Shown here in pieces: positions 1 to 12,754 of a DNA stretch of 64,000 nucleotides. Both the position numbers and the translations under genes were made by a program. The DNA lies in assembly GCA_032718475.1 (NCBI GenBank), contig JAUCBJ010006897.1:40910-104909 (forward strand), given 5' to 3'. How positions within the stretch are numbered: the first letter of the stretch is position 1; every line of letters starts with the position of its first letter. The stretch comes from Nemertoderma westbladi (taxonomy: Eukaryota > Animalia > Xenacoelomorpha). The notes under the pieces are model-generated. The model had not been told where the DNA came from. It was given only the letters and a program-made list of their open reading frames with translations, and did no database searches.

Positions 1-613
1 CAGCTGTGAAGAGGGTGTGGTGTAGTGTGGCGTATAACTTGCCTTGGCCAGTAGCCGATAGATGTATACCATGCGAGACAAGAACGTTTCCTCCCTCAAC
101 TCGCTGGCTTAGTGTGCCACCCATCCGAATAGCGGATGTATAGTTGGATAGTTGTATAGACAACTATTTCATTTCTTCATACTTGGAAAAAAGCACCAAG
201 CAATCATTTAGACATCATTACCTACAGTTTGCTCAATTTACCCTCCTATTTTTAGAAGGCAATGTTTTAATTGTGGGTGGCCAGCCATCACAATTAAAGC
301 CCAGGTGCATGCCATCATGCAAAATGGATGTCCAAGGATATGCAATCAAGATACCTTGTTACGTACGATCTGAAATCCAGAATGTTTATACAACTGATCA
401 GCGTGATTCAATTTATATCAGTATTCTTAACTAAATAAAGCCTGGCTGACTTCTACCTCTTATGATCTTGTGATGCCACTCAGAACGACCTCGATTTAAT
501 GAAGATGTTTTTCAAGACAGAGGCTACAGTGGCCAGTCAACTTCAGCTCACTAGTTGGTGCTGCTCGCAATAAGTTGGAAAACTACTTGTGGTATTTATC
601 TGAACGCCTTGTA

Positions 614-1027
614 ACCCATATACTGTATATTACTGCATTATATCTAAACCCACCCTCGACCCATATAGACTACTGCAACCTGCATATATCTAAACCCACC
701 CTCCACCCATATAGACGACTGCAACCTGCATATATCTAAACCCACCCTCTACACATATACTGTATATTACTACTACTGCATTATCTAAACCCACCCTCAA
801 CCTATATAGACTACTGCATACTGCATGTATCTAAACCCTCCCTCCACCTATATACTGTACATTACTGCATTATCTATAAATCCACCCTCCAACCATATAC
901 ATTACAACATGTATCTAAACCCACCCTCCACCTATATACTGTACATTACTGCATTATCTATAAACCCACCCTCCACCCATATACATTACTGCATGTATCT
1001 AAACCCACCTTCCCACCCACCCACCCT
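614..1027. repeat. Degenerate ~40-45 bp tandem repeat (core TATCTAAACCCACCCTCCACC)
   Basis: Core recurs about 9 times with variable TACTG/TAC spacers. ORF 825..1058 is only its translation. Confidence 0.85.
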
Positions 1028-1169
1028 ATGTCTAATACTTATTTATTTTACCCACTAAAAACGTTTAACAAATTATTATTGACGTTTTCCGTCATTTATC
1101 TGCCAGCAACATTATTTTAATATAAAAATGTAAAAATAAAAATAGATAGAAGATACCTAGATAGTAGAT

Positions 1170-1625
1170 ACCTACAGTCCCAATCCCAATAAACATTAAC
1201 TTGGTCGTTTTGGCGGCCAAAATGACCAAAATCACCAAAAAAATGTAGTGTATTCCTATGGGCTACTTGGTCGTTTTGGCGAAGCAATTTAACTCGAATC
1301 AGCTCAATCCAGACAGTCTGTCTCCTTGGCCATCCATTTGGTGGATCTGACTAAATGTCGGCTCGCTTTCATTTTTATTATTGACAGATTGTTAACTTAC
1401 CCGGCGCTGAGCCTTGCAGTACTGGAGTCCGCCCACTGAGGCATTGATAGAGTACACAGTCTTATAAAAGGAGTTGAATGGGGCTTCGTTAAAGGAGGAG
1501 TATGTATAATAATCTGAACGTCCCGAAATTAATTTATGGACGTCCCGAAATTAATCTATCAACCAATCAGAATCGTAATGAAATAACTAATTAATGGACG
1601 TCCATAAATTAATTTCGGGATGTTA
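1170..1625. mobile_element. Dispersed non-autonomous repeat (MITE-like composite)
   Basis: CTACAGTCCCAATCCCAATAAACATTAACTTGG recurs at ~37254 and ~39626. CCGGCGCTGAGCCTTG...GGGGCTTCGTTAA recurs at ~37334-37425. The 22-bp GGACGTCCCGAAATTAATTTAT unit occurs in both orientations at ~1518-1625. Confidence 0.7.
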
Positions 1626-1699
1626 ATTTCGGAAATTAATTTCAATAATATTTTTTTTTATAAAAAAATTTTTTAATATTTTTTTACAATATATAATTC

Positions 1700-2115
1700 G
1701 CGGACACTGCGGGGTGACTACAAAACAAAGACCCAATTATAAAGACCTGCATAATCTTGTTACATGTATTAATGTTCGTTAATTGTTTTGAATCCCCCGT
1801 CACGCCTCTGTAACTTGCTCCTTTACAATGCAATGGTACATAACGCTCATTGTGACCTGTACAAAACAAAGAGGTAAAGTCGCGTTACGTCCCAAAGAGC
1901 GTTAGGTTCCAAAGAGCTTTAGGTCCCATTGCCAGAGAGCGTGAGGTCGCATTGCCATTTAAAGGAGCAGGTTAGTAAAGAAGCAGGTTACAGAGGCGTG
2001 TTGGGGAACCAAAACAATAAACGAAAGTTAACACATGTGTTTTGTATTTGTACAGGTCTTTATTATTTGGGTCGTTGGTCTTTGTTTTGTAGTCACCCGA
2101 CACTGCGGTGTTGCG
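1700..2115. mobile_element. Diverged inverted pair of ~150-180 bp arms (long-TIR MITE or head-to-head copies)
   Basis: Reverse complement of ~1700-1850 aligns with ~1935-2115 (AAAGGAGCA.GTTACAGAGGCGTG...GGTCTTTGTTTTGTAGTCACCC). ~17-bp GTCCCAAAGAGCGTTAG units lie at the centre, and a partial copy is at ~16095. Confidence 0.65.
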
Positions 2116-2499
2116 TGGGGGCCACCAATCCACCCACCCACACTCAACTACCAACTTCCTGGACACTAGGATACTGAGTGAAAGCGTCTGAAACTACTAC
2201 AGGAACTCCATGACATACTATGGGCTAGCGACTAGGGACTGGCGCCCTTGAACATGTAAACTGTAGTACCTACTGTACCACCTACCTTAAAGTGACCTGT
2301 GGGACCAGCCCATTATTAGTGAGGTCGGCATTTCTCTTTATCCTGCCGCTCTCTTTGTATTACAATAGCATACAGCTAACCAATGGCAATGGTCTACCCC
2401 CAGTGCGGGAAAGACAAGCTGGCTACCATTGAAATGAATAGGGGAAGGATAATGGTCACGTTTCTAAAACTCAACAATATGAATGCGGGCATTCAGCCT

Positions 2500-2700
2500 C
2501 CCTAATATTTTCTTATCCCACATTTCATCAATGAGTTGTTTGAGTTTCATTCTGAAGACATGGGCGACCAGGTCAGGACGATCTTCAGCACCACTCCTTC
2601 GAAAAGCGACTGCTGGATTTCTGGCCAGTTGGTGTTGCACGTCATGGTTATAAATCCATCAGGCTTTTTAAATTCGCGTCAGATAGCCATTGCATCCTGT
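2500..2700 (-). pseudogene. Canonical Helitron Rep fragment (motif-1 region)
   Basis: Manual translation QDAMAI*REFKKPDGFITMTCNTNWPEI...DRPDLVAHVFRMKLKQLIDE, with a stop and a frameshift. Confidence 0.85.
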
Positions 2701-2845
2701 ACTTAAATGAAATGTGGTTATTAAATATATAAATAATGATTATAATTATAAATAAAAATAATTATAAATAATGCATGAGTGAGGTTAAGGTTTGGTATAT
2801 TTCCACATTGGGCTATGCGTTTCAAAGCCAAACATTCTATTTGCT

Positions 2846-2944
2846 CTAGTAAGAGGGTCTATGCAGCTACAAGAGACACCTCCTTTATGCTGCATGGAGG
2901 TGGCAAGTTTTCTTGATCAATGACTTAGAATACCTGACCTGACC
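2846..2944 (-). repeat. ~100-bp module homologous to the RTE 5' end at 22180-22279, predicted pseudoknot
   Basis: Reverse complement is near-identical to 22180-22279. Stems CACCTCC/GGAGGTG and ATGCAGC/GCTGCAT. Confidence 0.8.
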
Positions 2945-4112
2945 CGCAAATTTCCCACATACAACACACATGTCACGTTTCTTACTACAGTATCTCCAGT
3001 ACTGCTCCCATTACCTTCAGATATTCCAGACACCCTATCTGATGTAACCCTTGATTTTACAACAACCTTGTCCCATTTCTCCTTATTCCTTATACCCATC
3101 ACTTCAACTCTACACTGGCTAGAAATCGGCAAATCCGGAAACGATTCCAATACACTGATCTTATATATCGATATATCTGATCCTGATTCAATAAAGTCAC
3201 TATGAGAAATATTCTGCTTTTGACATTTCTTGCAACGCAAAAACCTCTTACCCATAAAATGCTTACAATCCTTATAGCGGTTCTTCACACACATAATACA
3301 CCCACACCCTGACACACCACTAGCTTTGGACACTGACCTGCTACCCACTTCTAACACTGAGCTCTCCATATCCTCTTCCCTTTGGTTCCCCCCATCCTCA
3401 TATCTCAAGCTCTCACACGGCTGGACTTGCTCCTGGTGATCCTTAGTTACTACACCCTTCCTAACATTCCGTTCCACTCACAGTTTGCCAACAAAAATTT
3501 CCATCTCCCTGAACTGGTTCCTTGCTGGGCCTCGGTATCTTCCTAACTTTGGTCTGCCCTCCGGATTTTGACTTCATCGAACGGACACAAAAACCACAAT
3601 ACTCCCCACCACCTAACATATGGAGATGGCACCTACCACATTTCCCCCAATGATTCCATCCTGCCACATCTTCCCTACTCATCTCTCGCACACAAAACCC
3701 ACAATACTCCCCTCCACCCAACATCAACTTGCTACACCTTCCACAATTTTTCCAAAGCTCCCCATCAGATCTACTCCCTACAACATTAATCCTTATCAAG
3801 TTAGTTGACCTGAACTTTCTCTTTCTCCTAACCACAGGAATCCAATCTGCTCCCTCACAAACAGGCATCTCCACTTTCTCAACCTCACCATTACTCTTTA
3901 CATTCTGACACCAGAATATCATTCAGATCAGTAGGTTTAACAGTAGGGGTAATTGGGGATGTAACAGTTGGTGTGACAGTCGAAATGTGAGTATGAGTAG
4001 CGACAGGGGTAGGGATAGCAGTAGAACAGATGGGACAAGAGTCAAGCTTCTTACTGTAAAGCTTAGTGCATTTAGAAAAGCGAAACCAACCTGAAGATTT
4101 CCTAGCAGTCAT
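2917..4112 (-). pseudogene. Frameshifted Cys-rich ORF with repeated CxxC-x10-CxxC zinc-ribbon-like units, possibly a TE ORF1
   Basis: Overlapping ORFs 3891..4265, 3461..3922 and 2917..3477. Motifs CGRCSKLMLGGGEYCGFC and CGRCHLHMLGGGEYCGFC, plus CPIC and CKKC. Confidence 0.4.
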
Positions 4113-4399
4113 TGTTAGTATTACCAATAATATGAGATATATAACTGACAAATGAAAAAAAGTAGAATAAAATGAACAAATAATGACAATAAAATAGTAA
4201 CTATTATATAAATTATTATTGTAGTTTATACTTATCCATGCAACAATGTTTTCGTTCACAAACAAAAATTAATTTGAAAAGCTGAAAAAGAATTAAATAT
4301 GTAAACTTAGAGATAAACTAGAAATCAAATATATAACCAAAGGATGCTTATGTATTTATATTCCACTGTGTAGTGTGTAACTTAATGAAAATTCAAATC

Positions 4400-4780
4400 G
4401 TGACATACACACAAGGATTTTTACACATACACACGTGGTATAGTAAGTTACACACGAGATTGAGTATGTTACACACGTAGTACAGTAAATTACGTAAATG
4501 GTACCGTGAGTTACAAATATGATTGAATAAGTTACACATGTGGTACAATAAGTTACACATGATTGAGAACGTTACACACGTGGTACAATAAGTTATGCAT
4601 GCACATGGTTCAGTAAGTTATACATGTGGTTCAGTAAGTTACATTCTGTATTTGGTATGGTACACGGTTAAGTAAGTTACAAACATGATTGAGTAAGTCA
4701 CTCACGTGGTACAGTAAGTTACATATGTGGTCCAGTAAGCTACACATGATTGAGTACGTTACACACACACGTGGTACAGT
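4400..4780. repeat. Degenerate ~19-21 bp tandem repeat (GTAAGTTACACACGTGGTACA / GTAAGTTACACATGATTGA)
   Basis: GTTACAC core recurs at ~20-bp spacing, with two alternating variants. Confidence 0.8.
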
Positions 4781-5419
4781 GTTCGCGCTTTTAGACCTTT
4801 AGCAGTTTAACCTGCTAATTTAAGTGTCTTATGATGTCTGACAGCCCGCACAAAATATGAACACAGTAGAAGCCAGCCTAGCGCGGCGTATGACCCACGA
4901 TGTGTGGGAGACTGGATTATATCAGCGAGAGTGGGATATGCTACTTTGTATTATTAGATTGTTCTCTACTATATAATCTATTTTTATTAAATTTAGTATG
5001 TAGACTTACCCCTTTCAGTGGACTATAAGTCCTGTATTTTCTAATATATAGGATAGATATTCGTGCAGTTATTAGTGTTTATTTCTAGGTAGGGTTCATT
5101 TTTGATAAGGCTGGTTTCTATTTGGTTTTATATTATAATGTAATAATATATATATAATACATAACTAAAACCATCCATAAATGGAAAGCAAGGTTGAATA
5201 TTGCGTCATGTGATTACTACATTAGGCAGTATTAGTATTGGCCTGTAAAATTTACTTAAGGAGAAAACAATTATTTTTATATTTTATAAACAATTTAAAG
5301 TATTAACATAAAGAGTTTAAACGGAGCAATGGATGGGTGGTGTATAGAAAAAACTCAGTTTCTTGCTATATTTCGATCTCCTTACGGTCTCATTCCGTCT
5401 TCAGGCTGTAATTTAAAAC

Positions 5420-5895
5420 ACGTTGGCCTACCAGAAATTATAAATTGCACAAATTTGAAACGTGTCATCGTAATGAACCATCTTTCTATGAACCAGCTCA
5501 TCATCAACTTCGGTGTATCGATGACTACCAAAATGACATAAATTTACAGGACCCCTCACAGACTGGCTTGAATTTCGAATGTTGCCTGAATATGCCCAAC
5601 ATTCCATCATTCCATGTGTATAATAATAAGACATTTGATATCATGCATGACTTTCTTGAATGAATTTGCAAGTATGTCATAAGGGTAGCATTTTCTACTC
5701 TAATATTTATTGACAAGTTATTCTCAACAAATCAGTTAAATAGACGTATCAAGTCTTTTATATTTGACCATTCATCAATCCCCCCATTTTTTGATGATGC
5801 TAAGTTAAGAAAAAGTAGTTCTCTGAATTTAACTGCAGTGCAGATGTGGAATCTGTGTCTCGGATTGCCTCTCTTAGTAGGTGACTTTGTTCCAT
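5420..5895 (+). pseudogene. EnSpm/CACTA-like (CMC) transposase fragment
   Basis: TGLNFECCLN..PSFHV...FDIMHDFLE*..LNRRIKSF...AVQMWNLCLGLPLLVGDFVP resembles animal EnSpm-type transposases. It ends abruptly at the 59-bp array. Confidence 0.6.
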
Positions 5896-7117
5896 TTATT
5901 TCCTATTAATATACTATGTACAACATTAGTGCGTTACACCGCAATAATTGATAATTATTTCCTATTAATATAATATGTACAACATTAGTGCGTTACACCG
6001 CAATAATTGATAATTATTTCCTATTAATATACTATATGTACAACATTAATGCGTTACACCGCAATAATTGATAATTATTTCCTATTAATATACTATGTAC
6101 AACATTAGTGCGTTACACCGCAATAATTGATAATTATTTCCTATTAATATACTATGTACAACATTAGTGCGTTACACCGCAATAATTGATAATTATTTCC
6201 TATTTATATAATATGTACAACATTAGTGTGTTACACCGTAATAATTGATAATTATTTCCTATTAATATACTATCTACAACATTAGTGCGTTACACCGCAA
6301 TAATTGATAATTATTTCCTATTAATATACTATGTACAACATTAGTGAGTTACACCGTAATATTTGATAATTATTTCCTATTAATATAAATGTACAATATT
6401 AGTGCGTTACACTGTAATAATTGATAATTATTTCCTATTAATATACTATGTATAATATTAGTGCGTTACACCGCAATAATTGATAATTATTTCCTATTAA
6501 TATACTATATGTACAACATTAGTGCGTTACACCGCAATAATTGATAATTATTTGCTATTAATATACTATGTACAACATTAGTGCGTTACACCGCAATAAT
6601 TGATAATTATTTCCTATTAATATACTATGTACAACATTAGTGCGTTACACCGCAATAATTGATAATTATTTCCTATTAATATACTATATGTACAACATTA
6701 GTGCGTTACACCGTAATAATTGATAATTATTTCCTATTAATATACTATGTACAACATTAGTGCGTTACACCGTAATAATTGATAATTATTTCCTATTTAT
6801 ATAATATGTACAACATTAGTGCGTTACACCGTAATAATTGATAATTATTTCCTATTAATATACTATGTACAACATTAGTGCGTTACACCGTAATAATTGA
6901 TAATTATTTCCTATTTATATAATATGTACAACATTAGTGCGTTACACCGTAATAATTGATAATTATTTCCTATTAATATACTATGTACAACATTAGTGCG
7001 TTACACCGCAATAATTGATAATTATTTCCTATTAATATACTATGTACAACATTAGTGCGTTACACTGCAATAATTGATAATTATTTCCTATTATTATACT
7101 ATGTACAACATTAGTGC
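5896..7117. repeat. 59-bp satellite, ~20.6 copies
   Basis: Unit TTATTTCCTATTAATATACTATGTACAACATTAGTGCGTTACACCGCAATAATTGATAA, with a few 58/61-bp variants and no unique spacers. Confidence 0.97.
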
Positions 7118-7261
7118 AACCAAGTCCAACAACAACAACAAGTCCAGCCCATCCAAAGGGAGATGGGGCTGGATTGCTAAGCAAACCGACCATTTTCTGC
7201 GGCTTTGTCCAGCCCCAATTCAGCTGTCATGGCCAACCCCATTGGGACTGAAAGTTCCTTA

Positions 7262-7400
7262 CTGTTCGCAGGAGGAAGTGGTGAGATCGGGGCTACTGGG
7301 TGACAGAGTGGAGTCTTGCGCCGATCTCCTTCAAGAACTCGGATGTTTCAGGGCCAGGGCGGCCCAAGGTCTCCTAGGCTACCGGATGGAAGAGGTATGA
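7262..7400 (-). pseudogene. CRE-like non-LTR restriction-like endonuclease, C-terminal fragment
   Basis: Manual translation YLFHPVA*ETLGRPGPETSEFLKEIGARLHSVTQ*PRSHHFL. A (TTG)n-tailed segment lies downstream at ~7118-7260. Confidence 0.6.
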
Positions 7401-8039
7401 AGAACCACAATAAAATAAATATTGATATTTATCCCACAATTGTGATCTACAGATTCCTCCTGCTCCAGCTCAGTACCGGTACCTCAAACATTACAAAATT
7501 TCGAACAAATATCGTAATCCAATATTAGACCAGTTTTCTGTGAAATTACGAAAGGTGCGCCATAGAGAGACTGAAATCCTTGTTTCATATATGTCCCATC
7601 AGAATAATCTGCACAAATCATATCATCTTCCCTCATGGCACAGTTAAACATGATAGCTCTCACTAATGATTCTGCCGCATCTGCAATTTGTTTTACATAT
7701 TGTATTGTCCATTGCGAGAGTTCTGAACAGGGTTTTCTAAACTGCAGTTTTGCTGCAGTACCGGTACTGCTACTGCAATCTGCAAAATCTATCTATAATA
7801 ATTCTGTAATTATATCAATTTATCAAGAGATTAAATAATATTGTATAATCTGAGGCGAATCGGAGCAGCAATAAGGCTGCTTAGCGATAGTCCAGGCATT
7901 ATTCAAAAAAATGGAAAGAAAAACCAATACGAAAAAAAAAGGAAATTAAAAACTGGTATTGAAGAAAAAGATAATAAAAACCAGTAAGAAAAAGGCAAGT
8001 AAATCATGATAATTAAAAAGGAAAGTCAAACCTTATATA

Positions 8040-8610
8040 GGTAATAATGAAAGAGTTTTACGTTTGTACGGTACTGTTACGGTACTCTGATTGTAGGAGT
8101 ACATTGGGGTGCAATTTGCGTTGGATTTCTAATGCTTGTGGGATACATGACATTGAGTGAGTACCTTAGGCCTGCTTTAATTAAAAACCTAAATTATGCA
8201 ATAATTACTGATGACCAGTTATGGAGAGTTAATAAGTCGGGAATTAGGGGGTATTTTGCACGGAGCACTCTAACTGTGGAGGGCTTCAGTAAGGAAGAAC
8301 TACAGGATATTCATAACGTTGTTTCATCTTATTAAATTCACTCGGTTATTTACAAGAATCGGTTCCCCTTATCGTGGTTATTTTTCATTTTTTGTGAATT
8401 TTCATCTTAAATTTCCATCTTAAATTTCTAACTAATTTTTTTGTTTTTTTTGTTTTGTGTGGTTGAATTTATTTTACCCTCTATTTTTGTGTTGTTAGTT
8501 AGTGTTATAATTACTTTTTTCATCTGTTGTGTGCTCTATTTACATCTTATAGTTACATACTGTACTGCCTATTGTACTACCCTCCTTAGGGTATGTATAT
8601 AATAATAATA
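8040..8610 (+). mobile_element. 3' end of a LINE related to 51310-52975
   Basis: CRSTLGCNLRWI and TLTVEGFSKEELQDIHNVVSSY parallel DCRSVSGANLNYI and TLEVPGFEQDELENILHYICTE. AT-rich tail follows. Confidence 0.55.
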
Positions 8611-9375
8611 ATTAATAATAATATTATGTATAATAATTACATAATATATGTAATTATAATATTATTTTTATATGATTATATAATTAATTAATTTCTTCTT
8701 CTCCTGCACGTCCACCTTCGTTGGTGTGACGGGATCAAGGGATCCCGACCGGGTTAAGTTTGTACGCATCACAGCAGGCTGATGGGTGGATGTGGAAAAG
8801 TTGGAGTTTGATGTTCCTTCATTCATATAATATAAAGAGTAATGATAGCGAAATTGGATAACCGATAATGGTGAATAATAAATCAGTATATGACAGCACC
8901 GCGATGACGGTAAGACTATAATGCCAGTCTGCACTGAAACTAACAACTGAGTAAACTGAATAGTAAATCAGTATCAAGGGTGGGACAGTAGAGTCAGGAA
9001 CTCATACCGGTATCATAAACAATTTCAAAATCAGTTTGGTTATTTTATATTATTTAATTCCCTTGTATGGTTTAAATTTCCCGCCTTTTGCTCATTTGAT
9101 AATATAAACAACAAGAGGGTATTAAATCAGTATGTATGAGATAATATACGACACACCAATATTACTTCACTGCTACATTACTTTGGCCTCTTACCTAGTG
9201 GATGCTCTCCCTCGCCCCTATTGGCTAATAACCTACTTCACGCCTCTCCACTCTCTGGGAGTGTTTCCCCCCCCGTCGCTGGCCCCTGCTAGCTGTCTCC
9301 CCTACCGAGGTGGTTTGACCTCTAACCTCCCTTTGTTCGTGGCTTTGGGGTTGTACTGTCCCCGATGTTGGTTGT

Positions 9376-9407
9376 GATACGAGATTAGTTACTGCTAATC
9401 TCGTATC
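9376..9407. other. Perfect 13-bp inverted repeat with 6-nt spacer
   Basis: GATACGAGATTAG-TTACTG-CTAATCTCGTATC. Confidence 0.85.
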
Positions 9408-9669
9408 TCCGACATATTGCTGAAAATGCCACTTCCCATTTTATGAGGGTAATGCGGCAGAATTGAATCCGCTTACAGTTGGCGTTGGTGGCGCCAAAAT
9501 TTGAGAGTGGCGTTGCGGGAAGGATGGCAAAGCAAGACTATATAAATGTTAATTAGTTTGTGTAGGTTTACGCTAGGATAGTGTTAGGTTTGTCTAGGGC
9601 TTGGTTAGCAAGCAAACAGTCAGCTGAAGCCGGAGGCGACCAGAAGGCTCCTCTTTCGCTACCGCAAAA

Positions 9670-10105
9670 CTACCGCTACCCGAGAACAAGGGGATGGTAC
9701 TCACGAGGCTTCGCAAACTGAAGCAAACACTGAAACGGAGCCCCGAGAAGGATGAGTACATCCATAAGATGATAAAGAAGTACGTTGAGAAAGGATGAGC
9801 TGTGGAGTTGCCGGTCGACGAACCAAACACGGACATGACCTACTACTACTTGCCACTTCATGTGGCTCTATACCCAAAGAAGGGTAAACTGCGGATGGTG
9901 GTTGATGCATCGGCTAAAACCAACGGCAAGAGCCTAAACGACTATCTGCTGGAGGGCCCCAATATCTACAACTCGGGGATAGAGGTCTTGTTGATATTTA
10001 GCACGTCTTCACCTGCGACATCAACGGCATGTTCAACCAAGTCCGTGTGATGGAGGAGGACAGTGACAGCCAGCACTTCCTATGGTACAATGGCGACGAG
10101 GAACA
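9670..10105 (+). pseudogene. Bel/Pao reverse transcriptase fragment
   Basis: YYLPLHVALYPKKGKLRMVVDASAKTNGKSLNDYLLEGPN, then CDINGMFNQV and FLWY in a shifted frame. Confidence 0.9.
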
Positions 10106-10347
10106 TAGGTCTAACAGCTCAACACGTTCGGAGAATTTACACATCGTGGACAATGTAATGTTTCAAATCCTTTAACAATTCGTCGACAAAGCATTCAGTT
10201 CTCAATATCAAATAAATTAAAAACATACGCGAATAGCACAACACCAGTTCTTCATGTAATTGAAGTAGTTTACTTACTAATTAAAACACTGATTGATACC
10301 TGGCACATATATTCTAGATCGTATACTCAGTTTTTGTGAGGTCTTAA

Positions 10348-12754
10348 CCCTATTAGTACCGGGCTATAAAATGCTGTACAAATACCGGGGGGGGGGGGGG
10401 TCATATTGACCCCTCCCTCTAAAATCTACAAATATTAACGAAAACGTCTGATTTTTTGTTTGTACGTAGGTATCACTAGTCTGGATCCGACCAAAAAAAA
10501 AATTTTCAAAAAAATGGACTGGAGTGGTAATATTGCAGCACCAAAATTACAAGTAGTGCACAATTTTCACAAAATTTGAAAGTTATATTTTTCGGCTAAT
10601 TGTTTTTCAATACAGGTTTTCTGGGGCGCAAAATACATTGGAAAATATTTAAAAATGATATGATTACCATAAATGGCTGTTTAGTCCTCTATGCGTAGGA
10701 AAAAATGAAAAAAACAAGTAACCAGCACTTTTCAGTTAGAACAAAAAATTTTTAATTCACTTATACGATGCTATAAATTCACATTTTTAGGTTTTCTAGG
10801 GCGCTGATTCTAATGGAATACATTTCAAATATTCTAGATCATTGCTACTTGTATTTTTCGGCGTAATTTGAAAAATTTTGGTGCTAGCACCAAATTTTGT
10901 ACTCATCACCAAAAAGTACAAGTTTGCGATGTCCAGTGCTGTTTTTATTGTTTCCATCGGATTCAGGACCCTCATAAACCCGTATAACGCAAGAAACAAG
11001 ATGATACTATCTACTGATCAATTTACTCATTTTCCAAAATTTGGTGCAAAACAACAATTTTCACCCACCGGCGAAAAATACAAGTTTGAAAACTCTTATG
11101 AAATTTTTACTGATTCCATTGAATTCAGAACCCTAACAAACCCGTATAACGCAAGAAACAAGATGACACAATCAATTGACATATTTGATGGTTTTCAAAA
11201 TTTGGTGCTAGCACCACATTTTGCACCCACTTCCGAAAAATACAAGTTTGAGATGTCAAGTTCGATAATTATATATTCCATTGAATTCAGAACAGCCATA
11301 AACCTCTAAAATGCAAGAAATAAATTGTCACAAGCAATTTTATCTATTGAATGGATTTTCAAAATTTCGTGCTAGCACCAAAATTTGCACCCACCACCGA
11401 AAAATACAAGTTTGATACGCTTGGTGCAACTCGTATATATTTCATCGAAACCAGAACCCCAAAATACCCCAATTGCGTAAAAAACAAGTTTCAAACAATC
11501 AATTTACAAAATTGACATATTTCAAAATTTGGTGCTGGCACCAAAATTTGGCACTCGCCGAAAAAAACAAGTTTGAAATTTCTAAATCAATTTATATGAA
11601 TTCCATCCAATTGCTAACACCAAAAAACCGGTGTAAATAAAAAATAGAGATGTTACAATTAATATTTAATGAAATGTAATTTTCAAAAAACGTCTCAAAA
11701 AAAGTGCCAAAAGTAGGGTTAAAAAATGGTGCTATAACTCGAAAACTACCCAATATTTTTGAAAACGGTTTTCACTACTAGGAAGACAATAGATTTTTAG
11801 GAAAAGTCATAAAATTTCAGAATTCCAACTGCGTTTGTTTCAGAATTATAATAAAAAAACCACGGGAGGGGTCATATTGACCCCCCCCCGGGTTTACCCT
11901 ATTCCACCTGGGCTCTTTTGTCCGAGATTCCACCTGGGGTTGGGCATAATATGCCCAACAGTTTATTATACACTAAAAAGTAATGATAATTTTATCAAAA
12001 CTTTCCAAATTTTTGCAGGTTTATAGAAAAATATATAATGCATCTGTTCTGAGTTTTATATATTCATAATTTAAAATAATATATCCATATAAATTAATTA
12101 TCATGAAGATAACCAATTATAGTAAAAAGATGAGATAATACTATACATACTCCTCCAAACACCACTGTCTGCCTAACTCTGCCAGACATCCCAAGTGAAA
12201 ATTTTGCTTGCAGGGGTGCTGTTATTGAATAGATTTATTCACCTCTGTTTATGTCTGCTGTATTACATTAGGAATATACTGGGTTCAATGGTGGTTGTTG
12301 TTTTATCCTAGTAGACATATTGCTTGCTTATCTGTCAGTTTAGTATTTTGTTATTAAAAAATATTGTGATTGATGTGTACTAATCCAAGCAGTAGACAAT
12401 CTAGTGTTTGAATTTAACTTTACAACCCAGCCAAGTGAATGTCCTGGACCGTAATTGGTTGCATTCTAGCTTGTTGACCAGGGGAACTATCCAACCAGGG
12501 ATTATCTTTTCTACCAGTTAGGCTAATAAAGATATTATAATAAAAAAATGTGACTATGATATGAAAAACACACCATAGCTCAAAAAGTATAAATGATAAA
12601 AAAATATATTTTGTTACCATCAGAAAGCCAATTAAATTCTAGGAAAAGTCAATGAATTTCATAATAATACATAAAAATCATCATCATGAATTTCTAAAAA
12701 TAATAAGTGTTGGGCAGATTCTGCCCAACCCCAGGTGGAATAGGGTTAATAGGG
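10348..12754. mobile_element. Non-autonomous piggyBac element with internal ~162-bp tandem repeats
   Basis: TTAA|CCCTATTAGTACCGGG at left and TAGGG|TTAA at right. Subterminal GGGGTCATATTGACCCC palindromes at ~10397 and ~11868. AAAA.TACAAGTTTG recurs at ~162-bp period over ~10870-11600. Confidence 0.8.
11897..12745. mobile_element. Second piggyBac MITE nested in the right terminus of the first
   Basis: TIRs CCCTATTCCACCTGGG...CCCAGGTGGAATAGGG followed by TTAA; the left flank is TTTA. Internal TTGGGCA.AAT/ATT.TGCCCAA palindromes at both ends. Confidence 0.85.

Noticed and set aside
4400-4780. Clustered CACGTG E-boxes as an enhancer
   Set aside because: The motifs are part of a tandem repeat and no target gene is nearby.
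5896-7117. CRISPR-like periodicity of ~60 bp
   Set aside because: The whole unit repeats with no unique spacers, there are no cas genes, and the context is eukaryotic.
10878-11309. 143-aa ORF with internal repeats
   Set aside because: It is a translation of the ~162-bp MITE subrepeats.
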